Below are positions 12,363 to 22,673 of a DNA stretch of 38,959 nucleotides, in pieces. The DNA is from Octopus bimaculoides (lineage: Eukaryota): the NCBI RefSeq assembly GCF_001194135.2, contig NC_068989.1:15176653-15215611 (forward strand). The letters run 5' to 3'. The position numbers were made by a program, and so were the translations under genes. Every line of letters starts with the position of its first letter. Position 1 is the stretch's first letter. The notes beneath the pieces were generated by a model, which was not told the DNA's origin, ran no database searches, and saw nothing but the letters and a program-made list of their open reading frames with translations.

Positions 12363-12523
12363 CTGAACAAGGAAACAATATCAGCCTTTTTAATAGAAAT
12401 CAAATACATAACAGCAGAAGGTATCGGCTGTTTTAATAGATATCTGATTACGGAACAGCAATAAAAACAGTTAAAAATAAACCAAACTAATTATGTTGCT
12501 CAGGTGTGGCTGTGTGGCAAACA

Positions 12524-12642
12524 GTTTACGGCCATATCACGTTGAGAGCACCGGTTCTCGTCTGATCACTGAAGTTAAGCAACGTTGAGCCTAGTGAGTA
12601 CTTAGGATGGGTGACTGCTTGGGAAACCTAGGTGCTGTAAGT
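12524..12642 (+). pseudogene. Processed 5S rRNA pseudogene
   Basis: Full-length 5S-like sequence (gtttacggccatatcacgttg...gatgggtgactgcttgggaaacctaggtgctgtaag). Followed by an A-run rather than an oligo-T terminator; TpG at positions that are CpG in typical metazoan 5S; single copy inside a SINE. Confidence 0.9.
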
Positions 12643-12660
12643 GTAAAAAAAAACCCAAAA

Positions 12661-12898
12661 CCTAAGGCGATGAGCTGGTAGAAACGTTAGCATGCCGGGC
12701 GAAATGCTTAACAGTATTTCGTCTGCCGCTACGTTCTGGGTTCGAATTCCGCCGAGGTCGACTTTGCCTTTCATCCTTTCGGGGTCGATTAAATAAGTAC
12801 TAGTTACGCACTGGGGTCGATATAATCGACTTAACCTGTTTGTCTGTCCTTGTTTGTCCCCTCTGTGTGTAGCCCCTTGTGGGCAGTAAAGAAATAAG
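12661..12898 (+). mobile_element. tRNA-headed SINE (AAGGCGGCGAGCTGGCAGAA family), tail type A
   Basis: Close match to copies at about 5148-5380 (+) and 12931-13167 (-). GTTCGAATTCC B-box. Confidence 0.85.
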
Positions 12899-12930
12899 AA
12901 GCTTGCTTCCCATCCACTGCATGGCACCTT

Positions 12931-13167
12931 ATTTCTTTATTGCCCACAAGGGGCTAAACATAGATGGGACAAACAAGGACAGACAAAGGGATTAAGTCGA
13001 TTACATCGACCCCAGTGTGTAACTGGTACTTGATTTATTGATCCCGAAAGGATGAAAGGCAAAGTCGACCCCGGTGAAATTTGAACTCAGAACGTAAAGA
13101 CAGACGAAATACCGCTAAGCATTTCGCCCGGCGTGCTAACGATTCTGCTAGCTCGCCGCCTTTTAAA
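12931..13167 (-). mobile_element. Same SINE family, inverted copy with a 15-bp TSD
   Basis: ACTGCATGGCACCTT at 12916-12930 and 13168-13182. Confidence 0.88.
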
Positions 13168-13520
13168 ACTGCATGGCACCTTGTGAATGGATTTGGTAGA
13201 CAGAAACTGAAAGAAGCCTGCTGTATATGTATGTATGGCTGCAACACTTGAGCTGAAACTAGTAAAGTAAGGTGTATGAGTATGTCTTTGTGTGTGCATT
13301 TGTCTCCCACCACTGCTGAGGTTGAGTCACTGGACCAAAAATTCTTCAAAGCAGTTCACCAGCATGGCTGCAGTCTAATGAATGAAACCAGTAAGAGATA
13401 AAGGTCTAGTTTAGCCCCGATAAAGCAGATCTATAATCAAATGCATTCCAGATGTGATCATCTCATCTTTTATTCATAGTGTACCTAGGATTATATTACC
13501 CATGTGTATCTTGTTTCACC

Positions 13521-13909
13521 GTGGAGGCGCAATGGCCCAGTGGTTAGGGCAGCGGACTCGTGGTCATAGGATCGTGGTTTCGATTCCCAGACCGGGCGTT
13601 GTGAGTGTTTATTGAGCGAAAACATCTAAAGCTCCACGAGGCTCCGGCAGGGGATGGTGGCGAACCCTGCTGTACTCTTCCACCACAACTTTCTCACACT
13701 CTTTCTTCCTGTTTCTGTTGTACCTGTATTTCAAAAGGGCCAGCCTTGTCACACTGTGTCACGCTGAATATCCCCGAGAACTACGTTAAGAGTACACGTG
13801 CCTGTGGAGTGCTCAGCCACTTGCACGTTAATTTCACGAGCAGGCTGTTCCGTTGATCGGATCAACTGGAACCCTCGACGTCGTAAGTGACTGAGTGCCA
13901 ACAACAAAA
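13521..13909 (+). mobile_element. Second full copy of the (AAC)n-tailed tRNA SINE
   Basis: Highly similar to 1043-1437. 11-bp TSD CTTGTTTCACC at 13510-13520 and 13910-13920. Confidence 0.88.
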
Positions 13910-15185
13910 CTTGTTTCACCTTTTTTAAAATGGTAAGGTGAAACTGGAGAGACATTTAGGTAGGCTGGCTCTGAGAAGGGTCCCAGGGAGTAGCATCCCT
14001 GCCTTCCTGAGCTAGTTTTTCACATTTCTTAAAAATCGTGGTAGAGGCCTTGGTCTTGGGACCATTCATGTCTAGAAACTGAGGTTGGGGATAAGCAAGG
14101 GCATGCTCCCCGTAGAAAATCCAGCTCCAAAATAGCCACATGATAGCAAAGGAGAATGGGCACCAGCCAGCCCAAAGGTTGGGGTGGGTTATACCTGCCT
14201 ACCTCGGTTGCTATGGTATTGAGGTAGATCTGGCCACCCCCGTTAACGGTGACAAAACCTGGGTTTAAAACACTGGATGATGGTGATGATGATGATTTGG
14301 CTGTTATTTTTAGCAGGTTGAAAACTTGAGCAGAGGCTCCCTTGTTGGCTTGCTAAAGTACTGGTATTCTAGAATTATAAACACACTCTATTACTACTTT
14401 CAGACAATGGACTCTGGCCATGCTGGGGCACCACCTTGAAGAGTTTTGTTAATCAAATTGATTCCTGTGCTTTTTAAAGCTTGGTACATATTCTATCAGT
14501 ATCTTTTGCTGAACCACTAGGTTAAGGGGATGTAAAACAAACAAGCAAGAAAGATTTGCATACACATACATGGGCATAAGAGTGGCTGTGTGGTAAGAAG
14601 CTTGCTCCCAATCACATGGTGTATGTGTGTGTGAGTGAATGTGTGTATGTGGGTTTGTGTCTCCTTGCCTTGACATCATGTGATTTTTATAAACAAGTGC
14701 CACCATCTTGTAAGTGGTATCCTTCATTTTGAATCTTTCATAGAAACATGTTTGGTCATGAAGAAATATTACCTTACATGGAGACATGTAATGGTTGATC
14801 ACAGGAAAGGCAACTAACCATAGAAAATCTACCTCAACAAATTCTGTCTGACCTATGCAAGCATGGAAAAGTGGACATTAAATGACGATGTTGAAATTGT
14901 ACAGCAAATAATTGCTGGGGTGCTTGGCATTAGGAAGGGCATCCAGCCATAAAAGCCATGCCAAAACAGACACTGAAGCTTGGTGCAGTCTTCTGCTTGG
15001 CCAGATGCTGTCAAACTGTCCAACCCATGCCAGCATGGAAAGCAGATGTTATGATGATTGTATGATTTTTATTTGTACTTGATTGATGGAAAAGGGAGAT
15101 ATTTTACCGACTGAACATCATATGACAAACAAAGAAACCGTATTTGAAAAGAGAATATTCTTGGACTAACATATCATTTACTCAC

Positions 15186-15285
15186 CTTGATGAAGCTATC
15201 AAGAGATTCTCACAGTCGTCTACATCAAATACTGCCTGTAACATTTCACATTCGATAAATGCTAGATTGTGTGTTTTGATAATTC
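15186..15285 (-). CDS. RAD9: RAD9 exon 5 ((G)IIKTHNLAFIECEMLQAVFDVDDCENLLIASS+AG)
   Basis: Aligns to human [21 protein letters not shown]. cttgtag acceptor and gtgag donor; 100 nt, phases fit. Confidence 0.95.
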
Positions 15286-15758
15286 CTACAAGAAACAAAA
15301 TTCAATACATTTTTTTAAACAAACTTTGGAAGCAGCAAATGTATTTGTTATTTTACAAACAAGAAAGTAAAATTCAAACAAAGTATACCTGTGAAAACAG
15401 CAGAAAGATTGGGTATTTTATTCTTATAAGACAAGAAAAAAAGTTGCCAGCAGGTGGCTATGAGAGTTGAACCTATACACCTCAGATGTGGGCTGAGTAC
15501 TCTACAATTAATCCTTTTGATACCAACTAGGTTGAAACTGCATTTAGCTCTGTAGCACAAATGTCTTGTTTTCAAAAGTTCTGAATTAAAATCTTCCACC
15601 AAACCTTAGTCACAATTTATGTTCCTTACACTGGTTTAATGATAACTAAGTTATTTTACTAAATTCTTTGACTGTGGCATGCTGGGAGTTTTAGTTGAAC
15701 ATATCAACCCCAGGACTCAATTTTTTTAAGCCTAATATTTATTCTATTAATCTCTTTT

Positions 15759-16100
15759 GGTGAAGGCGCATGGCTCAGTGGTTAGAGCGTTGAGCTTACG
15801 ATCGTGAAGTTGTGAGTTCGAATTCCGGACTGGGCTGTGTGTTGTGTTCTTGAACAAGACACTTTATTTCACATTGCTCCAGTTCACTTAGCTGTAGAAA
15901 TGAGTTGTGATGTCACAGGTGCCAAGTTGTATCAGGCTTTGCTGTTCCCTTGGATAACACTGGTGGCATGGAGAGGGGAGGCTGGTATGCATGGGCGACT
16001 GCTGGTCTTCCATAAACAATCTTGCCCAGACTTGTGCCTCGGAGGATAACTTTCTAGGTGCAATCCCATGGTCAGTCATAACCGAAGGAGGGTCTAAGCA
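15759..16100 (+). mobile_element. tRNA-derived SINE (different family)
   Basis: TGGCTCAGTGG A box and GAGTTCGAATTCC B box, followed by a SINE-like body. End coordinate approximate. Confidence 0.65.
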
Positions 16101-16868
16101 GGTCTCTTTTGCCAAACCATTAAGTTATGGGGACATAAACCCACCAACTATTAAGCAGTGGTGGGGGACAAACATTCACAAAGACATACACACATAGATA
16201 TGTACACACAGCAAAAGAGACTGATAGAATAAGTGCTGGGCTTAAGAAAAAAGTCTTGGGGTCAATATGTTCAACTAAAACCCATCAAGGTGGTGTTCCA
16301 GCATGGCGGTAGTCAGATGACTGAAACAAGTAAAAGATAAAAGAAAGAAAATATGAAATAGAGAGACTTATATGAATAAACACAGCACATATATACATAT
16401 GTGTGTGTGTGTTTATATCTCCTTTTCTTGGCATTGCATGATAGCTGTACATGAGTGTCACTGTCATACAAGCAGTGTCGTCTATTTTCCAATATTTTGT
16501 GAAATACTTTTCAGAATATAAAACTGGAAAAATGCTGCTCAGCATTTTGTTCGACATGCTGCCAGCTCAGTACCTATGAAATAAAGAATAAGAATAACCT
16601 TTATACTGTAGGCACAAGGCCTGAAATTTTGTGGGGAGGGGACAAGTTGATTACATTGACCCCAGTGTTTCACCGATACTTAATTTATCGACCCCTGAAA
16701 GGATGAAAGGCAAAGTCTACCTCAGTGGAATTTGAACTCAGAATGTAGCGACATGTGAAATACCGCTAAGTATTTTGTCCAGCATGCTAATGATTCTGCC
16801 AGCTTACTGCCTTAGAAATAAAGAATAATAATAATAACAATAACTATATATAATTAATATTGACATAC

Positions 16869-16983
16869 CATGTTTGCAGTGCAATTTGAACATCAATCTG
16901 TCATCTTTAACATTAAGCATAATCTTACACTTCTGTACAGTTTTCTCTATAGTTGCAACGGATTTGAAAATGTTCAGACAAGA
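16869..16983 (-). CDS. RAD9: RAD9 exon 4 (SCLNIFKSVATIEKTVQKCKIMLNVKDDRLMFKLHCKH+G)
   Basis: Aligns to human SFLSVFRSLAMLEKTVEKCCISL...LHCKFG. Long pyrimidine tract plus cag acceptor; gtatg donor; 115 nt. Confidence 0.95.
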
Positions 16984-17055
16984 CTGAAAAAGAAAAAAAA
17001 GAAAAAACAAAAACAAAAACACCAATAGAATAAACAAGAATTTTAAACATGTAAT

Positions 17056-17227
17056 ACACTCTCTGAGTGGTTGGCGTTAGGAAGGGCATCCAGCTGTAGA
17101 AACTCTGCCAAATTTAGATTGGAGCCTGGTGTTGCCATCCGGTTTCACCAGTCCTCAGTCAAGTCGTCCAACCCATGCTAGCATGGAAAGCGGACGTTAA
17201 ACGATGATGATGATGATGATGATGATG
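17056..17227 (+). mobile_element. RTE LINE 3' end, short copy with (ATG)n tail
   Basis: Matches the family 3' end seen at 1-180. Confidence 0.8.
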
Positions 17228-17741
17228 AATAACAGAGGAAAATGAGTTTGAAAATAATTTTCAAAAGGTACAGGTTTGTTTTATAATATTCAGATTCAGT
17301 CTCATAGCATTGTACTATAGGAAAGTGGGTTATACATCATTAGATGTACACCTGACTTTCCTATATTAAATTAAGAATTAAACGGAACGCTGAACTCCAG
17401 ACTATCAACTCAACAATATTTATTCATGGTGGAAAATATACATCTTTAATCTTGTTTGTTGAGACGTCTTCGGTGTGTGAGAACATGGTTGTTGGGACGT
17501 TGGTATATTGATGTGAGCTGTCTAGCGTGAGTTCGAAAGATGGAGAGACAGCTAGACATGTCCTTGCTCAATCGCTGGCCAGCAAGAAAGAGAGCGATCA
17601 AAGTGGGAAAGCTTGGATGTTTAATTCCACGCATGCGCACAGCGTTACTACAGTACCTTGGGCAAGTGTCTTCTACTATAGCCCTGGGCTGACCAAAGCC
17701 TTGCAAAAGGATTTGGTAGATGGAAATTGAAGGAAGACTAT

Positions 17742-17774
<33 letters not shown>

Positions 17775-18003
17775 TTATGTCCCACCATCGCTTGACAGCC
17801 GGAGTTGGTTTGTTTACATCTCTGTAACTTAGTGGTTTTGCAAAAGACACTGATAGAATAGGTACTAGGCTTAATTACTGAAGTTGATTTGTTCGACTAA
17901 ATCCTTTCAAAGTGGTGGTGCTCCAGCATGGCCACAGTGCAATGGCTGTAACAATGAAAATAAAAATAAAAGAAAATGAACAAAACAAAGTTAATTTTCT
18001 CAC

Positions 18004-18159
18004 CTTTATTGATATTTTACAGCGAAGTGGTTCGTCTTTGGCACTGTTTAAGTTATCACCGTTGCTATGATAGTCACACAAATACTGGATAAAGAATTTG
18101 GGATGAAACTGAAAACTAGCAAAGGCTGATCGAGAAGAATTGACTGTCTTTAAATACAA
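18004..18159 (-). CDS. RAD9: RAD9 exon 3 (LYLKTVNSSRSAFASFQFHPKFFIQY...LRCKISIK)
   Basis: Carries the TVNSSRSA and LRCKI motifs. tttcag acceptor and gtgag donor; 156 nt, phase 0-0. Confidence 0.96.
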
Positions 18160-18414
18160 CTGAAATGAAGACAATAAAAATATAAATTTTAATAAGAAAG
18201 GAATTTAAATTCGGTTCTTGTATTATTTATATTTAAAAAAATTTATCATCCTGAAAAATATGTTGATATTAAAATGAGAAACACTAAATTCTAAAACTCT
18301 CAGTGAATTCAGATGCATAAAAGCACAGACCACCTGAAGATTATTAGAAAATAGATTGGCTGAAAACAACCTAAAAGGATGTGGTAATTGATGTTTATGT
18401 ATTTAAGTATTATG

Positions 18415-18650
18415 TCATCATCGTTTAACGTCTGCTTTCCATGCTAGCATGGGTTGGACGATTTGACTGAGGACTGGCAAGCCAGAAGGCTGTACCAGGC
18501 TCCAATCTGATCTGGCAAGGTTTCTACAGCTGGATACCCTTCCTAATGCCAACCACTCCGAAAGTGTAGTGGGTGCTTTTTACGTGCCAGCAGCACGAGG
18601 GCCAGTCGGGTGGTACTGGCATTGACCATGCTTGAATGGTGCTTTTTACA
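18415..18650 (-). mobile_element. RTE LINE 3' end, inverted copy
   Basis: Reverse complement of the same 3' end. Confidence 0.8.
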
Positions 18651-19889
18651 TGGTCAGGTTGATTCACAATTATATAAGTTTATATAATACATATAAGTTT
18701 ATATTATACATTAATGTTCAGTAATTGTTGCTAAGCTTCAGATTAGTCTCTGTTCAAAAGCACTCCAACCATGATCATCCCATCTTATTAAAGGATTGAA
18801 CATCTAGGACAATAGGCAGTGCACTGGCAGAATTGTTAGCATGCTGGGCGAAATGCTTAGCAGTATTTCATCTGTTTTTATGTTTTGAGTTCAAATTCCA
18901 CCAAAGTCGACTTTGCTTTTCATCCTTTTGGAGTCAATAGAATAAATACCAGTTGGGCACTGGGGCTGACGTAACTACTCCTGGGTATGAGTATAAAAAC
19001 TGTATCCCTCTGCGAAGCCATGTTGAACCAGTGTGGTTCAAGCCAATATGATCTCAAGCTCAAGTTCATGGCCTCTGCATCTGAATGGCTGGTGGAAGGA
19101 AAATGGTGAGACTGTCATTCTGCAATAGACTGGACATGGGCAATCTAATTTAATCCACACCTAGGACTATATTAATCAATGTTCTTCTTGGTTTTAAGAT
19201 GGTAGTGTGTGTGATTTAAAGGAGATTTGTCTGCTATTTCTAGCAACTCAACAGACCAAGTACAGACTTCTTATGACCATTGGTTGTTACTGTTTAATTC
19301 CAGGTTAACCATGACATCCAGCTGATTTATGATCAGAGGCATTCCAATTATGACCACTCTGACTTTTGAGGGGTAACAAGAACAACATTATCTAATGTGT
19401 TGCTTCTTTATATAAGACAATAGGTTCAAGTGACCACTTCAAGTTGGTATTTGCTCTGCAAATGGTTGAGAAATAATACAGAAAATTTAATCAACATTTT
19501 CTTTTTAATGTTATATGACATTATAAATAAGCTACTTAAGTAGCAAATAAATATTGTATAGGATGAGAGTTTTTATTTCTAAATCAATTGGCATATAATT
19601 AAAAATGGATGTCTCACAACTCATGGACTCCACTGATAATTACATTTTTATTTGGTACACATAGAGTGAATGAGCCAGATTATTAAACAGTCACTGGCCT
19701 TCTAGGAATTCTAACCATATACAATCCTAGAAAGATATCACTCTGCACTGCACCTTAACCTTCCGCACACATGCAACCATGAGTAGAAGCCAGTGAGAAA
19801 GCCTCTAAAACATTACTCGATTTGTTATAAATTGCATCAAAATCTCATTCTACTGTCTCTTATAAATAAGACACATTGGAAAATAAAGT

Positions 19890-20390
19890 TATCATCTTCA
19901 TGTGGTTGAGCTAGCTTGGATTTTCTCAACATGATCACGCCATTCATCACAATCATGTGTAGAGTTTAGGAGGGCAGCAAAGTAACATCCCATGTCCATA
20001 GGGAGCTGATAAAGGTTTCTGCAGGACAACTGATACGTGCTTATCCATGTAGGGTGTCCAAACAAGTATATCACTAATGAGGTTTTGCTTAGCTCTCCTG
20101 TGAGTAGCATGCATTTCTTTCTCTCATGGCATCAGTGATTGCAGATGACTGCAATACAGTCTTTGGTTGGTTGGATGCTTTTTCAGGAGATACTCAGAGT
20201 AGCCCACGTAAGGACCATCAAAGCCTTGACTAATGCCTTGTATGTTTGGTGAATGTTGAAGCAATGGGTTCATATAATAGCACTGATTCCACAGTGAGAT
20301 AGAAGAAGATTTGTCAGATCTCCAGGTACAATGACTTTCAGATGATATGAAGAACTTACATGAAATGTCTCTTATTATTTTGTGCATTCC
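19890..20390 (-). mobile_element. Degenerate 3' end of a second RTE-like LINE
   Basis: Frameshifted peptide fragments KKHPTNQRLY, DMGCY and DEWRDHVEKIQASSTT* followed by tgaagatgat; resembles RTE-type ORF2 C-termini. Confidence 0.6.
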
Positions 20391-20400
20391 TTATATAAAA

Positions 20401-20597
20401 CTGTTTTGTCTGGAGAGAGTCATTTTCTTATTGTGCCTTAAAATTTAACACACTCACCAGTAAAATTTCCACTTATTTCTTATTTTTATTTTCCTAAAAT
20501 TTTCGTTGCGTCTTGCAACCTTTCCAATAGTCTTTTACCGGTGAGTGTGTTAAATTTTAAGGCACAATAAGAAAATGACTCTCCCCAGACACAACAG
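20401..20597. mobile_element. MITE-like fold-back element (~65-bp inverted arms)
   Basis: 20401-20465 is the reverse complement of 20533-20597 with few mismatches. No clear TSD. Confidence 0.75.
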
Positions 20598-21551
20598 AAT
20601 ATGCTTCAACACACAAAATCACATAAAAAAATCTTGCAAACCAAATCCAAAAACGAATTATATAAAACTGTTCCATATCAACGTTAATTTCAGTATCTTG
20701 TACCAAATCTCACACTTTAATATAATTTCTTATCTAAGCTGAAGATTTTTAATAGCTTAATCAGGTGGTGGTGGTGGTGGGAAACAGCGCACATGACCTT
20801 TTCCATTGCTTCTGAGACTGGTTAGCAAGTAAGTGGAAGCTAATTTTCAGACCAAGGACCTGGTCCTAATGCCTGCAGCTAAAAATACCAAGAAGTGATG
20901 TTAAATCATGCCTCAGATTAAGTCTACATTTATAGGTGTATAAGGGAGCTAACAGAATTGTTAGCACGCCGGACATCCGTACGTTTTGAGTTCAAATTCC
21001 GCCGAGGTCGATAAAATAAGTACCAGTTGAGCATTGGGTATGAATGTAAAAACTATAATCCTCTGCCAAGCCATTGTGGCTGAGTAGGCTCATCCAATCA
21101 GTGTGATCTCAAACTCAAACTCACGGCCTCCACATCAGACTGCGGTTAGTGGAGAGAACATGCAGAGGCCTTCGTTCTGCAGTGGATTGAACACAGGCAA
21201 TCCAATACAATCCAAGACCCATGTAATATAGGTCGTTTTTTCTCAAAGAGTCTTAACGACATGAGTGAACAAATTTTCTAGTAGTTACGTTTAATGCTGG
21301 TTTTCGAAAGTTGGTCAAAATTCTACAGGAATGAAAATAAACGGTTGATGTGTGTGTAAACCTACGTAGTACACATGTCAAATTTACTTATTTCTCAGTA
21401 GATTGAAAAAAAAAAACGATGAAAACCTTAATCGACTATCGACTTTTATTGGGGTTTCATCATCATTCGACCACTTTCAGTGAAACAAGTAGCTAATCCA
21501 TTTACACACATACATACAAATAAGCCTAGGCAGTCGTATTATTGAGAATTT

Positions 21552-21699
21552 GGTAATTTTTCAGATTAACACCAGCACGATTTTCACTAGGGTGTTAGGG
21601 TTAGGGTTACGACTAGGGACGGAATTCCCTAACCCAAACCCTAACTGTAACCCTAAAACCCTAGTGAAGATCGTGCGGGTGTTAATCTGAAAAATTACC
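21552..21699. mobile_element. 148-bp palindromic MITE with an 8-bp TSD and internal TTAGGG-like repeats
   Basis: Arms GGTAATTTTTCAGATTAACACC... and ...GGTGTTAATCTGAAAAATTACC. GAGAATTT at 21544-21551 and 21700-21707. Confidence 0.85.
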
Positions 21700-22043
21700 G
21701 AGAATTTATGTATTATATCTTGTTAGTCTCAGGCCAGCTCTGATTAAGCATACATATGATATAAGGCATTCCAGAGTGCTTATTCCGTTCTGTTGTATGT
21801 TTAATACTACGTTGTCATATACCTCTACAACCATCATTTTGATTGTAAACGATCGAGTGATTTAAAGGGGTTTTACGCAGCTACTTCTAGCATGTCAATC
21901 AAATGATTAAAATGTCAGAGTTACTTCCCTTGTTGTGTTTCGACGAGAAACTTTTAATAGAAACGTTAAAGAAAAAACTTCTATATATAAAGACGATTTT
22001 TATAAGATAACAATGTTATTTTATGATATAGCTCGATACTAAC

Positions 22044-22114
22044 CCCATCATCCAGTTGTTCAATGTATAATTCTTCTCCAATCTTTGCCAAAGAATGAAT
22101 GGCACGCGCAAAAA
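22044..22114 (-). CDS. RAD9: RAD9 exon 2 ((V)FARAIHSLAKIGEELYIEQLDDG)
   Basis: ttttcag acceptor and gttagt donor; 71 nt. Aligns to human [24 protein letters not shown]. Confidence 0.93.
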
Positions 22115-22362
22115 CTGAAAATTTAAGATGACTACAATTAATATTTTTATTTTTTTTAAAATCACATTAATGCGGTGGTGATTTTATTAAAATACTTTAT
22201 TTTGTTACTTTTCATAGTTTATACATAAACAATGTTTTAATCAGAATTATAATTCTAAACGAAACTTAAAAAACACTCCTTAACATTTTAAATAACAGCA
22301 TTGGTTACTAATATATATTATATCTATTTAATAGATTTATATCCGAGTATTTATATCGTTAC

Positions 22363-22402
22363 CTTTTATATTATTACCAGGAATGGTACAAGACATGTTC
22401 AT
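22363..22402 (-). CDS. RAD9: RAD9 checkpoint clamp subunit, coding exon 1 (MNMSCTIPGNNIK+G; a second ATG at 22396 is also possible)
   Basis: Resembles the human RAD9A N-terminus MKCLVTGGNVK. Ends at G|gtaacg (phase 1), matching exon 2. Confidence 0.85.
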
Positions 22403-22670
22403 GTTGGTTTCATTCAACTGTACATGAAATTCCGCGCTTCCTTTCGTTTCACGTCAAAATTTCCTTCGACGTTATAAACATTTCCAATTGGTTAGATTCC
22501 AGAATGCCAGCCAATCATAATCGTTGTATCTAAGCAACTTGTTGGTAAGTCAGGTGTTGGTTTCTATCCGTCAGGTGCTGGTGGACTTTTTAAAGGAAAC
22601 CTAATACGTTTGTTTATTTATCCATCAATTCCGATTCCATTTAGCTCCGTTGGTTTAATTTATTTCTAAG
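22403..22670. promoter_or_regulatory. Putative bidirectional promoter plus both 5'UTRs between RAD9 and VPS29
   Basis: 268 nt between divergent ATGs. Several CpGs; palindromic CCAATTGG (22484-22491); AGCCAATCA NF-Y-like box (22509-22517); CRE-like TGACGTGAA on the - strand (22448-22456). Confidence 0.75.
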
Positions 22671-22673
22671 ATG
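22671..22673 (+). CDS. VPS29: VPS29 coding exon 1 (ATG only, end of the 5'UTR exon)
   Basis: ATG|gtaagta is a strong donor in the CpG-containing region. Exon 2 begins at Leu2 in phase 0, and the total length becomes 182 aa, as in human VPS29. Confidence 0.82.

Noticed and set aside
12524-12642. Functional 5S rRNA gene
   Set aside because: Single copy with an A-tail and no oligo-T terminator, apparent CpG decay, and embedded in a SINE.
13521-13600. tRNA gene
   Set aside because: The A and B boxes continue into a SINE body with a tail and TSD, and there is no complete cloverleaf.
21585-21665. Interstitial telomere or chromosome fusion site
   Set aside because: Only a few degenerate units, enclosed by non-telomeric inverted arms and an exact 8-bp TSD, which fits a transposon.
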